From NCBI GenBank assembly GCA_963784675.1, contig CAWASE010000023.1, forward strand, positions 23,792 to 87,791: DNA of 64,000 bases, given 5' to 3'. The DNA is from an uncultured Actinomycetes bacterium. Its GTDB lineage: Bacteria > Actinomycetota > Actinomycetes > Mycobacteriales > SCTD01. Below, piece after piece: positions 10,859 to 20,828 of the stretch; within the stretch, counting starts at the first letter, position 1; the number at the start of each line of letters is the position of its first letter. A program made the position numbers and the translations under genes. The notes beneath the pieces were generated by a model. That model did no database searches, had not been told where the DNA came from, and saw only the letters and a list, made by a program, of their open reading frames with translations.

Positions 10859-12143
10859 GATCGGGCTCCTGTTCGGGGTCGGTAGAGGGGTTCGAGCGGC
10901 GGACGAGGACGGTGCCGATGCGGTTGCGCCGCCCCTTGGCGCTCTCCGCGACGAGCACGAGCCCGCCGAGCTCGACGGTCGCGCCCGGGATGGGGACGCG
11001 ACCGAGCACCATCGCCATCAGCCCGCCCACGGTCTCGACGTCGTCGTGCGGCAGGTCGACCCGGTAGAGCTGTTCGAGGTCTTCCACGGGCAGCCGGGCC
11101 GTGACGCGGTGCTGCCCCTCGCCGACGCCTTCGATCGGTGGCGCCTCGCGGTCGTACTCGTCCTGGATCTCGCCGACGATCTCTTCCAGCACGTCTTCCA
11201 TCGTCACCAGGCCGGCTGTGCCGCCGTACTCGTCGACCACCACCGCGATGTGGCCGAGGCTGCTCTGCATCTCGCGGAGCAGCTCGTCGACCGGCTTGGA
11301 CTCCGGGACGAACACCGGCTCCCGCATCGCTTCTTCGACCTTCTGCGCGCCGCCACCCTCGGTGCGCTCACGGCGTACGAGATCTTTGAGGTAGGTGACG
11401 CCGAGGACGTCGTCGGCGTTGTCGCCGACGACCGGGATCCGGCTGAAGCCGCTGCGCAGCGCGAGGTTCAGGGCCTGCCGGACGGTCTTGCCCCCCTCGA
11501 TCGTGACGATGTCGGTGCGCGGCACCATCACCTCGCGCACGATCGTGTCGCCCAGCTCGAAGACGCTGTTGATCATGTCGCGCTCCGACCGCTCGACGAC
11601 GCCCCGCTCCTGCGCCAGCTCGACCAGGTCGCGAAGCTCGGCCTCGGAGGAGAACGGGCCCTCGCGCAGACCCTTGCCCGGCGTCACGGCGTTGCCCAGC
11701 AGGATCAGCAGTCGCGGCAACGGCCCGAAGACCCGGGCCAGGGCCAGCGCGAGCCCGGCGCCCAGCAGGGCGACCCGTTCGGACTGCTGGCGCCCGAACG
11801 TGCGGGGGGCGACCCCCACCAGCACGTAGCTCACGACCGTCATGATCGCCACCGCCAGCACGACGGCCTCGGAGCCGTCGATGCGCGCCAGGCAGTAGGC
11901 GACGACGACGCCGACCGCCGACAGCTCGAAGACGGTGCGCAGCAGGAGCAGCAGGTTCAGCGACCGGGGCGGGTCGGCGAGCACCCGCTGCAGGCGCAGC
12001 GCTCCCGGGCGCTCGTCCCGGACGAGCTCCTCGACCCGCACGCGGGACACCCGGGCCAGCGCCGCCTCCAGACAGCCCAGGGCTCCCGCCAGCAGCACGA
12101 ACACGGCCGCGACGAGCAGGGGGACGACGTCGGTCACCGTCAC
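10851..12143 (-). CDS. Hemolysin/CNNM family protein (DUF21-CBS-CBS-CorC)
   Basis: N-terminal TMs, VREVMVPRTD, SGFSRIPV, VVVDEYGGTAGLVTMEDVLEEIVGEIQDEYD, ETVGGL. Confidence 0.93.
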   Translation of the reverse strand: MTVTDVVPLLVAAVFVLLAGALGCLEAALARVSRVRVEELVRDERPGALRLQRVLADPPRSLNLLLLLRTVFELSAVGVVVAYCLARIDGSEAVVLAVAIMTVVSYVLVGVAPRTFGRQQSERVALLGAGLALALARVFGPLPRLLILLGNAVTPGKGLREGPFSSEAELRDLVELAQERGVVERSERDMINSVFELGDTIVREVMVPRTDIVTIEGGKTVRQALNLALRSGFSRIPVVGDNADDVLGVTYLKDLVRRERTEGGGAQKVEEAMREPVFVPESKPVDELLREMQSSLGHIAVVVDEYGGTAGLVTMEDVLEEIVGEIQDEYDREAPPIEGVGEGQHRVTARLPVEDLEQLYRVDLPHDDVETVGGLMAMVLGRVPIPGATVELGGLVLVAESAKGRRNRIGTVLVRRSNPSTDPEQEPDRG

Positions 12144-12243
12144 GCGGTCGTCTGTTCGGGCAGGCAGTGGCTGGACATGAGTCGACGCGACAGCGTCGCC
12201 ACACCTGCTCTCGGCTCGGGAACGGACCCCCTCAGCGTAGTGG

Positions 12244-12654
12244 TCAGCTTCGGGTCGTCGCGCAGGTCCGACAGGTGCCGAAGATCTCCAGGGTGTGCTC
12301 GACGTCAGTGAATCCGTGCTCGGCCGCGACCTGCGAGGTCCAGGTCTCGACCGCCGGACCCTGGACCTCGACCCCGGCGCCGCAGCTGCGGCACACCAGG
12401 TGGTGGTGATGCGTCGGGCTGGCGCAGGCGCGGTACACCGCCTCGCCGTCCGCGTGCCGCAGCACGTCGAGCTGGCCGGCGTCGACCAACGCCTGGACGT
12501 GCCGGTAGACGGTGGTCAGTCCGACGCCGGCCCCCTCCGACCGCAGGATCTCGTGCAGCTCCTGCGCGCTGCGGAAGCCGTCCAGCCGGGCCAGCAGGTC
12601 GGCGACGGCGGTGCGCTGCCGGGTGGTCCGCAGCGGGGTGCGGGCGGAGGTCAT
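12244..12654 (-). CDS. zur: Fur-family zinc uptake regulator
   Basis: TRQRTAV, FRSAQELH, VGLTTVYR, HHHHLVCRSCG...GTCRTC; last gene of a znu operon that has a Zur box. Confidence 0.88.
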   Translation of the reverse strand: MTSARTPLRTTRQRTAVADLLARLDGFRSAQELHEILRSEGAGVGLTTVYRHVQALVDAGQLDVLRHADGEAVYRACASPTHHHHLVCRSCGAGVEVQGPAVETWTSQVAAEHGFTDVEHTLEIFGTCRTCATTRS

Positions 12655-13508
12655 CTCACCTGCTCGGGCAGCAGGGGGACGACAGAGCTCCGGACCGGCC
12701 GACGGCGCCACAGGGCCGAGGTGAGCGTAGCCAGCACGAACACCCCGATGCAGACCACGACGATCAGGGCGCCGGGCGCGGTGTCGGCGTAGAAGGAGCC
12801 GGTGACGCCGCCGACCGCCGACACCACGCCGATGGCCAGCGCGACCACGACGGTGGCCCGGAAACCGTGCACCCACTGCTGTGCGGCCGCGACCGGGACC
12901 ACCATGAGCGCGCTCACCAGCAGGAGTCCGACGACGCGCATGGCCACGGTGACGGTCACGGCGGCCATGACCGCCAGGACCAGGTTGAGCGCCACGACCG
13001 GCAGACCCGACACGCGGGCGTGCTCCTCGTCGTGGCACACAGCGAACAGCTCTCGTCCCAGCCCGAGCAGGCCGAGCAGCAGCACGCCGGACAGCGCGCC
13101 GATCACCCAGAGGTCCTCCGGCGAGACCGAGGTGAGCGATCCGAACAGGTACGCGAGCAGGTTGGCGTTGGTGCCCCCCGGGGCCAGCCCGATCAGGAGC
13201 ACTCCCCCGGCGATGCCGCCGTAGAACATGAGGGCCAGCACGACGTCTCCGCTGGTGCGGCCGTGCTGCCGGACCAGCTCGATCACGATCGCCCCCAGCG
13301 AGGCCACCACGACGGCGGTGAGCACCGGGGCGGTCCCGAGCAGAAAACCCAGTGCGACTCCGGTGAGCGCGATGTGCCCGAGCCCGTCGCCCATGAGCGC
13401 CAACCGCTTCTGGACGAGGAAGACGCCCACCGACGGCGCGGCCAGGCCCACCAGCACCGCGGCCAGCAGAGCCCGGCGCATGAAGTCGAACTGCAGCAGC
13501 TCGAGCAT
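12651..13508 (-). CDS. znuB: Zn/Mn ABC transporter permease
   Basis: FMRRALLA, LMGDGLGHIALTG, LLAYLFGS, RVVGLLLVSALMVVP. Confidence 0.9.
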   Translation of the reverse strand: MLELLQFDFMRRALLAAVLVGLAAPSVGVFLVQKRLALMGDGLGHIALTGVALGFLLGTAPVLTAVVVASLGAIVIELVRQHGRTSGDVVLALMFYGGIAGGVLLIGLAPGGTNANLLAYLFGSLTSVSPEDLWVIGALSGVLLLGLLGLGRELFAVCHDEEHARVSGLPVVALNLVLAVMAAVTVTVAMRVVGLLLVSALMVVPVAAAQQWVHGFRATVVVALAIGVVSAVGGVTGSFYADTAPGALIVVVCIGVFVLATLTSALWRRRPVRSSVVPLLPEQVR

Positions 13509-14281
13509 CAGCGACCTCCCCAGAGCGAGCTCGTCGGTCGGTCGTGCGCGGGGTGGGCATGGTCCGGGTCGTGCTCGTGCAGATGGTCGGCGTCCGGCGG
13601 AGGCCCGTCGTGCAGCACCCGGCCGGACTTCATGACGACGGCGCGGCGCAGCAGCGGCAGCATCGGACCGATCTCGTGGGCGACCAGCACGACGGTGACG
13701 CGGTCGGCCACCAGGCGGGCGAACGCCTCCGCCAACGCCTGCTGGCTGTCGGCGTCGACGCCCGAGGTCGGCTCGTCCAGCACCAGCAGGTCTGGGCTGC
13801 ACGCCAGCGCCCGCGCGATGAGCACCCGCTGCTGCTGGCCGCCGGACAACGTCTGGACGCTGTCCCGGGCTCGGTCGGAAAGGCCCACCGTGTCCAGCGC
13901 CGCGTCGATCGCCGCGCGGTCGGCGGCGCTCTGCCGGGCGAACCGGCGCATGCGTGAGAGCCGGCCGGAGGAGACCACCTCGCGGACGGTCGCCGGGACG
14001 CCTGAAGCGGCCGTGACCCGCTGCGGGACGTACCCGATCCGGGACCAGCCCGCGAACGAGGACAGCGGCTGACCGAACAGCTCGACCTGCCCCGTGGTGA
14101 CGCTCGTGAGGCCGAGCATCGCCCGGATCATCGTGCTCTTGCCGGAGCCGTTGGCGCCGAGCACCGCGACGACCTCGCCCACGTCGACCCGGAGGTCGAT
14201 GTCGTGCAGGACCGGCCGGCCGCCGAGGTTGACCCCGACCCCGGTCAGCACGACTGCCGGCGCGGTCACGACGTCGTACAT
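13508..14281 (-). CDS. znuC: Zn/Mn ABC transporter ATP-binding protein
   Basis: GANGSGKST, IGYVPQ, LSGGQQQRVLIARAL, LDEPTSGVD; His-rich tail. Confidence 0.9.
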   Translation of the reverse strand: MYDVVTAPAVVLTGVGVNLGGRPVLHDIDLRVDVGEVVAVLGANGSGKSTMIRAMLGLTSVTTGQVELFGQPLSSFAGWSRIGYVPQRVTAASGVPATVREVVSSGRLSRMRRFARQSAADRAAIDAALDTVGLSDRARDSVQTLSGGQQQRVLIARALACSPDLLVLDEPTSGVDADSQQALAEAFARLVADRVTVVLVAHEIGPMLPLLRRAVVMKSGRVLHDGPPPDADHLHEHDPDHAHPAHDRPTSSLWGGR

Positions 14282-15165
14282 CCGAGAGCCTCCTGCAGCG
14301 TGCGCAGGTTCAGCCGCATCTGGCTGAGGTAGTCGCCTGATCTCGGCGGACCCTCGAGCGGGCTGAGCTCGACGGCTCGCGCGCCCACCTCGCGCGCCAG
14401 CGACTGCGCCACCCGTGGACTCACCAGCTCCTCGAAGAAGATGGTCGTGACCCCGTCGGCCCGCACCTGCTGGGCGATCTCCGCGAGCCGCCCGGAGCTG
14501 GCCTCGGCGTCCGGCGTCAGGCCGGTGATGGCCACCTGCCTCAGGCCGTAGGTCCGGGCCAGGTAGCCGAACGCGTCGTGGCTGGTGACCAGCTCGACGC
14601 GCGTGCAGTCGGCAAGTCCCTGGCGGAACTCGGCATCGAGGGTGGTCAGGTCGGCGCGCAGGCCCGCGGCGTTGCTCCGGTACAGCTCTGCGCCCTCCGG
14701 ATCGATCTGGACCAGCCTGTCGGCCACCGCGTCGCCGAGACCGGCGAAGCGCAGCGGCTCGAGCCAGACGTGCGGATCCGCAGTCGTTCCCGCGGGGATC
14801 ACGAAACCCTCGTCGGTCCGGCCGCGCTGCGGTCCGGGGACGGAGGCGAGGTCCAGCGAGGTGTTCGCGGCCTCCGCATCGACGGCCGCGTCGACGGCCG
14901 GCTGGAAGCCGCGCAGGTAGAGCACGAGGTCGTCGACGGAGACGGCTGCCACCTGGCGCGGGGTCAGCTCGAGGTCGTGCGGCTCGGCCCCGGGCATCGT
15001 GAGGTTGGTGACGGTGACCCGCGCGCCCCCGACGCGGTCGGCCAGGTACTGCATCGGGTAGAAAGCGGCGCCCAGGCGCAACCGACCGTCGGCAGGTGGC
15101 ACGGCCGGACCGCACCCGGTCAGGGCGGCGAGGGCGCAGCACACCAGGGTCAGTCGGAGCAGCAC
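14266..15165 (-). CDS. znuA: Zn/Mn ABC transporter substrate-binding lipoprotein
   Basis: Lipobox LTGC; PGAEPHDLEL, DPHVWLEP, TSHDAFGYLA, LSPLEG. Confidence 0.9.
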   Translation of the reverse strand: MLLRLTLVCCALAALTGCGPAVPPADGRLRLGAAFYPMQYLADRVGGARVTVTNLTMPGAEPHDLELTPRQVAAVSVDDLVLYLRGFQPAVDAAVDAEAANTSLDLASVPGPQRGRTDEGFVIPAGTTADPHVWLEPLRFAGLGDAVADRLVQIDPEGAELYRSNAAGLRADLTTLDAEFRQGLADCTRVELVTSHDAFGYLARTYGLRQVAITGLTPDAEASSGRLAEIAQQVRADGVTTIFFEELVSPRVAQSLAREVGARAVELSPLEGPPRSGDYLSQMRLNLRTLQEALGCTTS

Positions 15166-15182
15166 CCGACCAGTCCACCGTT

Positions 15183-15201
15183 GATGACAACGATTGTCAA
15201 C
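15183..15201. promoter_or_regulatory. Zur-binding box
   Basis: TGACAAC-G-ATTGTCA (15185-15199), a 7-1-7 near-perfect inverted repeat resembling the actinobacterial TGAAAATnATTTTCA consensus; AT-rich, about 20 nt upstream of znuA. Confidence 0.85.
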
Positions 15202-15202
15202 G

Positions 15203-15700
15203 TCAAAGACTGGGCGGAACCCCGAAGGACGCCAGCAGCTCGGCCTGCAGGCCGAACATCTCCGTGTGCTCGTCGGGCTCACCGTGGTCGTAGCCGAGCA
15301 GGTGCAGCAGCCCGTGCACGCTGAGCAGGTTCAGCTCGGCCTGCATGCTGTGGCCCGCCTCCTGGCCCTGTCGCAGAGCAACCTCCGGGCACAGGACGAC
15401 GTCGCCGAGCACGGTGGGCTCACCGTCGTCGGGCTCCGGCGAACCGGACCCGTGGGCGTGGCCGACGCCGCGTGAGCCGCGCAGGTCGAGCTCGTCCATC
15501 GGGAAGGCCATGACGTCGGTCGGACCCGGTTCGTCCATCCAGCGCACGTGCAGCTTCTCCATCTGCTCGACGTCGACGAGCAGCACCGACAGCTCGGCCA
15601 GCGGAGAGACGCCCATGTTGTCCAGCACGTGCCGCGCGACCTTCACCAGCGCCTGCTCGTCGACGACGACGCCGCTCTCGTTGGCGACCTCGATGCTCAT
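15203..15700 (-). CDS. ybeY: rRNA maturation RNase YbeY
   Basis: [32 protein letters not shown]. Confidence 0.96.
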   Translation of the reverse strand: MSIEVANESGVVVDEQALVKVARHVLDNMGVSPLAELSVLLVDVEQMEKLHVRWMDEPGPTDVMAFPMDELDLRGSRGVGHAHGSGSPEPDDGEPTVLGDVVLCPEVALRQGQEAGHSMQAELNLLSVHGLLHLLGYDHGEPDEHTEMFGLQAELLASFGVPPSL

Positions 15701-16763
15701 CGCGAGCGCCGGCTGTCGTCGCGACGGCCGGGCCCGCGGACCGGACCGGCGGCGGACTGCTGCTCGGCGTCGTACTGCGCGTAGGCGTCGACGATGCGGC
15801 CGACCAGCTTGTGGCGCACCACGTCGGCGCTGGTCAGCAGGCTGAAGTGCACGTCGTCGACGCCGTCCAGGATCTCGCGGACGACGCGCAGCCCGGAGGT
15901 CGTCCCGCTCGGCAGGTCGACCTGCGTGACGTCGCCCGTGACGACGATCCGGCTGCCGAAGCCGAGCCGGGTGAGGAACATCTTCATCTGCTCGGCCGAG
16001 GTGTTCTGCGCCTCGTCCAGGATGATGAACGCGTCGTTCAGCGTCCGACCGCGCATGTACGCCAGCGGCGCGACCTCGATCGTGCCGGCCGCCATCAGCC
16101 GCGGGATCGACTCCGGGTCGAGCATGTCGTGCAGCGCGTCGTACAGGGGTCGCAGATACGGGTCGATCTTGTCGAACAGGGTTCCGGGCAGGAAGCCGAG
16201 GCGCTCGCCCGCCTCGACGGCCGGGCGCGTCAGGATGATGCGGTTGACCTGCTTGGCCTGCAGCGCCTGCACGGCCTTGGCCATCGCCAGGTAGGTCTTT
16301 CCGGTGCCCGCCGGGCCGATGCCGAACACGATGGTGTGCTTGTCGATGGCCTCGACGTAGCGCTTCTGGTTCACCGTCTTGGGCCGGATCGTGCGACCCC
16401 GGTTGGACAGGATGTTGAGCGACAGCACCTCAGCGGGGCGGCCACCCTCGGACGAGGACAGGATCGCCAGGCTTCGCTCCACCGCGTCCGACGTCAGCGG
16501 CTCACCACGTCCAGCAGCGCCAGCAGGTGCTCGAACAGCAGCCCGCCCACGGCGGTCTCGGACGGGGTCCCGGTGAGGGTGATCTCGTTGCCGCGCACAT
16601 GGACGTCGCAGCTGAGCACCCGCTCGACGGTGGCCAGAACCTCGTCGCGGCTGCCGAGCAGCGCCACCATGGACTGGCTAGGCGGGACGACGATCTTGCG
16701 GACAGCCCGCTCGGGGGAGCCGCCCCCGGTGGGCGCGGCGGACGTGCGTGGGGTGTCGGGCAT
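15697..16763 (-). CDS. phoH: PhoH-family ATPase (frameshift near 16490)
   Basis: [49 protein letters not shown]; N-terminal part ([10 protein letters not shown]) is in ORF 16494..16763. Confidence 0.94.
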
Positions 16764-16848
16764 GAGGTCGGCTGCTGCCGTTCGCCTGCTCTCCGGGTGA
16801 GGCGGGTGGACCGCACAAGGCTACCCGGCTCGGTGCCGACGGGCGCCG

Positions 16849-17187
16849 TCAACCGAGCAGGCCGAGCGACCGTCCTCCGAGCACGTGCACGTGCACGTGG
16901 TGGACCGTCTGGCCCGCGTCGTCACCGCTGTTGCTGAGCACCCGGAACCCGCCCGTGAGGCCCTCTTGCCGGGCGACCTCGACCGCGGCGGCGAAGACCT
17001 CGGCGAGCAGGGTCCCGCCCGCGTCCGACAGGGCGGAGATGTCGCGATGGTGCGCGCGCGGGACGACGACCACGTGCGTCGGCGCCTGCGGGCTGATGTC
17101 CCGGAACGCCGTCACCGTGGGCGTCTGCAGCACCGTGGCCGAAGGGATCTCGCCGCTGACGATGCGGCAGAACAGGCAGTCGCTCAT
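16849..17187 (-). CDS. HIT-family nucleotide-binding protein
   Basis: MSDCLFCRIVSGEIPS, AFRDISPQAPTHV, AGQTVHHVHVHVLGGR. Confidence 0.93.
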   Translation of the reverse strand: MSDCLFCRIVSGEIPSATVLQTPTVTAFRDISPQAPTHVVVVPRAHHRDISALSDAGGTLLAEVFAAAVEVARQEGLTGGFRVLSNSGDDAGQTVHHVHVHVLGGRSLGLLG

Positions 17188-17747
17188 GGGGCCTCTCTGG
17201 TCAGGTAGAGGCCGCCGGCACCGGCGGCACCGAGCAGGACGGCCAGCACGACGACGGTCTGGAGCAGCCGGTCGAAGCGTTCGCCGGTCGCCGACAGCAC
17301 CGGTCCCGGCGGCTGCGCAACCTGCTGATCGACCGGTTCGACGGGGGTGCCGACGTCGAGGGGGGCGGACGACGGCGACGGTGTCGCGGTGGGCGAGGCT
17401 GAGCCGACCGGCGAGGTCGGTGCGGTCGGGCCCGTCGCCGGGGGCGGGGTGCGCGCTGCTCGGGGCGACGACGCGGCGACCCGCGTGCGGGGGGAGCGGG
17501 CCGGCGAGGGCTCGGCGGGCTCGGCGGACGCCTCGGGGGAAGCGGGCGAGGCGCTGGGGAACGGCAAGGGCAAGGGGTCCGGCGACGGATCGCCGGTCGG
17601 CGGGCTCGGGGAGGCGGCCGCCGGCGACGGCTCGGCCTGCAGCCGTGGCGAAGCCTGGACCGGTACGGCGACGGTCACGGCCAGTGCCGTACCCAGCAGG
17701 GCGCCGAGCAGCAGCGTCGCCGCACCGCGCCCGACTCCGGTCCTCAT
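17184..17747 (-). CDS. Pro/Ser-rich surface protein with signal peptide and C-terminal TM
   Basis: MRTGVGRGAATLLLGALLG...VQA signal, PSP-rich middle, VVVLAVLLGAAGAGGLYLT; stop overlaps the HIT start. Confidence 0.6.
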   Translation of the reverse strand: MRTGVGRGAATLLLGALLGTALAVTVAVPVQASPRLQAEPSPAAASPSPPTGDPSPDPLPLPFPSASPASPEASAEPAEPSPARSPRTRVAASSPRAARTPPPATGPTAPTSPVGSASPTATPSPSSAPLDVGTPVEPVDQQVAQPPGPVLSATGERFDRLLQTVVVLAVLLGAAGAGGLYLTREAP

Positions 17748-17839
17748 GCTGGACACCTTCGCTCTCGCTGCGACCGCCGCCCTCCGGCTTCCGGCCGATC
17801 GTAGGTCGGCGACCAGCAGCACGAGCACCCTTGGTGGGG

Positions 17840-18565
17840 TCACGCCCACCGTGTCGTGCGCGCGCTGATGACCGCGGCCGCGACGGCACCGGCCGACGAG
17901 GTCCGCAGGACGCTGCGGCCGAGCCGGACGGCCTGACCACCGGCCGCCTGCAGCGCCGCGAGCTCGTCTTCGGTCAGACCCCCCTCGGGTCCGACGACCA
18001 GCAGCACCTCACCCACAGCCGGGAGCGCGACGGAGGCCAGCGCCACCGTCGCCTGCTCGTGCAGCACCAGCAGCGTTGCCCCGGCGCTGCGCTGCACCAG
18101 CCCCGCGGTCGTGACCGGGTCGCCGACGGTGGGATGGCGAGCCTGCCGCGACTGCTTACCGGCCTCGCGCGCCGTCGACCGCCAACGTTGCAGAGCCTTC
18201 TCGCCGCGGGCGCCGTCCCAGCGGACCACGCACCGCGCGGCCGACCACGGGAGGATCTCCTCCACGCCGACCTCGGTGGCCAGCTCGACCGCGAGCTCAC
18301 CGCGGTCGCCCTTGGCCAGGGCCTGCACCAGCACCAGCCGGGGCGAGCCCTCCGGCACCTGCTCCCGACGGAGCACCTGCACCTGCAGCCCGTCGGGGAG
18401 CAGCGCCGCCACCTGTCCGCGGACCAGCTGTCCCTTGCCGTCCGCCAGATCGAGCGGCTCCCCCACCTGCAGCCGCCGCACCGTCGCGGCGTGCCTGCCC
18501 TCGGGCCCGGTCAGCGAGAGCAGGTCGCCGGCGAGGTCGTCGAGCAGGAACAGCGGGGCTGTCAC
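17840..18565 (-). CDS. rsmE: 16S rRNA m3U1498 methyltransferase
   Basis: EGRHAATVRRL, VQALAKGDRGE, EAGKQSR, VVGPEGGL, LGRSVLRTSSAG. Confidence 0.95.
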   Translation of the reverse strand: MTAPLFLLDDLAGDLLSLTGPEGRHAATVRRLQVGEPLDLADGKGQLVRGQVAALLPDGLQVQVLRREQVPEGSPRLVLVQALAKGDRGELAVELATEVGVEEILPWSAARCVVRWDGARGEKALQRWRSTAREAGKQSRQARHPTVGDPVTTAGLVQRSAGATLLVLHEQATVALASVALPAVGEVLLVVGPEGGLTEDELAALQAAGGQAVRLGRSVLRTSSAGAVAAAVISARTTRWA

Positions 18566-19683
18566 CGCTCCTTGCGGCGCCGCCCGAACAACCCGCCGCC
18601 CTTGCCGGACACCCCGGGCCGCTCCTCGTTGCGCAGCTTGGCGAGGTCGCGCAGCAGCTGCTCCTGGCGGTCGTCGAGCCGGGTCGGTACCTGCACCTGC
18701 AGGTGCACGTGCAGGTCCCCGCGACCGGTCCCGCGCAGGTGCGGGACCCCGCGGGCCCGCAGCGTCAGCACGGCGTCGGGCTGGGTCCCCGCCACGACGT
18801 CGACCTCTTCCTCGCTGTCCAGCGTGGTGATGGACAGGCAGGTGCCCAGCGCGGCCGCCGTCATGGGGATCGGCATGACCAGGTGCAGGTCGTCGCCGTC
18901 GCGCTGGAACAGCGGATGACGCTTCTCGATGATCTCGACGTAGAGGTCCCCCGCCGGGCCGCCGCCGGGGCCTACCTCGCCCTCGCCGGTCAAGCGGATG
19001 CGCATACCGTTCTCGACCCCGGCCGGGACCTTGACGGTGAGGGTCCGACGCGCGCGCACGCGTCCGTCGCCGGAGCACTCCGCGCACGGGTGCTCGATCA
19101 CCGAACCGGCGCCGGCACAGCGGGGGCAGGGGCGTGCGGTCATGACCTGACCGAGGAAGGAGCGCTGCACCTGCTGCACCTCGCCCCGGCCGCGGCACGT
19201 GTCGCAGGTGCTCGGGTGGGTGCCGGGAGCCGCGCCCTGACCCGTGCAGGAGGAGCAGACGACGGCCGTCTCCAGGCTCAGCTCGCGGTCGACGCCGAAG
19301 GCGGTCTCGGCCAGCTCGCACTCGATGCGCAGCAGCGCGTCGGCGCCCTGCCGCATGCGACCCCGCGGACCGCGCCCGCTGCCCCCTCCGCCGAAGAACG
19401 CGTCCATGATGTCGCCGAGGCCGCCGAAGCCCTGCCCGAACGGCGACCCGGCGCCCCCTCCCCCGCCGGAGGACAGCGGGTCACCGCCGAGGTCGACGAC
19501 CTGCCGCTTCTGCGGGTCCGACAGCACCTCGTAGGCCGCCGTGACGGCCTTGAACCGCTCCTGGGCGTCAGGGTCGGGGTTCACGTCGGGGTGCAGCTGG
19601 CGAGCAAGCTTGCGGTAGGCCTTCTTGATCTCGTCGTCGCTGGCGTCCTGGGCAACTCCCAGGACGTCGTAGTACGCGGCCAT
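18562..19683 (-). CDS. dnaJ: Chaperone DnaJ
   Basis: J domain with HPD, G/F region, four CxxCxGxG repeats. Confidence 0.97.
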   Translation of the reverse strand: MAAYYDVLGVAQDASDDEIKKAYRKLARQLHPDVNPDPDAQERFKAVTAAYEVLSDPQKRQVVDLGGDPLSSGGGGGAGSPFGQGFGGLGDIMDAFFGGGGSGRGPRGRMRQGADALLRIECELAETAFGVDRELSLETAVVCSSCTGQGAAPGTHPSTCDTCRGRGEVQQVQRSFLGQVMTARPCPRCAGAGSVIEHPCAECSGDGRVRARRTLTVKVPAGVENGMRIRLTGEGEVGPGGGPAGDLYVEIIEKRHPLFQRDGDDLHLVMPIPMTAAALGTCLSITTLDSEEEVDVVAGTQPDAVLTLRARGVPHLRGTGRGDLHVHLQVQVPTRLDDRQEQLLRDLAKLRNEERPGVSGKGGGLFGRRRKER

Positions 19684-19725
19684 CAGTGCTCTCCTGAGCG
19701 TCGGGTCGGGCGAGGCGTGCGGGGC

Positions 19726-20745
19726 TCAGGCACCGGCCAACAGCTCCCCTACGTAGCGAGCGACGGCGCGCACGGAGCCGATGTTGCCCGCGTAGTCCAT
19801 GCGGGTGGGACCGAGCACGGCGATACCACCGTAGGCGCCGTCGTCGGGTCCGTACCCCATCGTGACGACCGAGGTCGAGCGCAGCCCCTCGACGTCGTTC
19901 TCCGCGCCGATGCGCACGAGCACCGTGCCGGGGTCGTGCATCTCGCCCAGCAGCTTGAGCAGCACGACCTGCTCTTCCAGGGCTTCCAGGACGGGCCGGA
20001 TGGTCTGCGGGAAGTCGAGCACGTGGTGGGTCAGGTGCGAGGTCCCGCCCAGGGCCACCCGCTCCTCGGGCTGGTCGACGAGCGTCTCGAGCACCACGGA
20101 CATCACGCTGGTCAGCACGGGACGGATGGCAGCGGGCGCAGCGTCAGGCAGGTCGGACAGCGCGGCCGGGACATCGACCAGGCGGACGCCGTGCAGCCGG
20201 CTGCCGAAGGACTGACGGATCATCGCGACGTCGTCCTCGCTCACCACGGTGGGGAACTCGAGCACCCGCTGCTCGACCCGGCCGGTGTCGGTGATGAGCA
20301 CCAGCAGCAGCCGGTGAGGGGCGAGGTGGACGATCTCCAGGTGGCGCACGGAGCTGCGCGACAGGCGGGGGTACTGCATCACCGCGACCTGACGGGTGAG
20401 CTGGGAGAGCAGCCGCACCGACCGTCGCACCACGTCGTCGAGGTCGACAGCGCCCTCCAGGAAGCTCTGGATGGCGCGCTTCTCCGCGGCGCTCAGGGGC
20501 TTGACCGCCGAGAGCTTGTCGACGAACAGGCGATAGCCCTTGTCGGTGGGGATCCGCCCGGCACTGGTGTGGGGATGGGTGATGTACCCCTCGTCCTCCA
20601 GCGCGGCCATGTCGTTGCGCACCGTGGCGGGGCTGACGCCGAGCCCGTGGCGTTCCGCGAGGGACTTGGAGCCCACCGGCTCGGTCGTGGACACGAAGTC
20701 CTGCACGATGGCCCGCAGCACCTCGAGCTTGCGGTCGTCCAGCAC
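19726..20745 (-). CDS. hrcA: Heat-inducible transcription repressor HrcA
   Basis: [46 protein letters not shown]. Confidence 0.97.
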   Translation of the reverse strand: MLDDRKLEVLRAIVQDFVSTTEPVGSKSLAERHGLGVSPATVRNDMAALEDEGYITHPHTSAGRIPTDKGYRLFVDKLSAVKPLSAAEKRAIQSFLEGAVDLDDVVRRSVRLLSQLTRQVAVMQYPRLSRSSVRHLEIVHLAPHRLLLVLITDTGRVEQRVLEFPTVVSEDDVAMIRQSFGSRLHGVRLVDVPAALSDLPDAAPAAIRPVLTSVMSVVLETLVDQPEERVALGGTSHLTHHVLDFPQTIRPVLEALEEQVVLLKLLGEMHDPGTVLVRIGAENDVEGLRSTSVVTMGYGPDDGAYGGIAVLGPTRMDYAGNIGSVRAVARYVGELLAGA

Positions 20746-20775
20746 GTGGCCTCCCGCCTGCGTCTCGGTGGTCGT

Positions 20776-20802
20776 CTGGCACTCGTTGCGACTGAGTGCC
20801 AA
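20776..20802. promoter_or_regulatory. CIRCE element (HrcA operator)
   Basis: CTGGCACTC-N9-GAGTGCCAA, 30 nt upstream of hrcA; a TACACT -10 hexamer (minus strand, 20802-20807) abuts it. Confidence 0.93.
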
Positions 20803-20828
20803 GTGTACGGCGGGTAGGCGGCTCGGGC

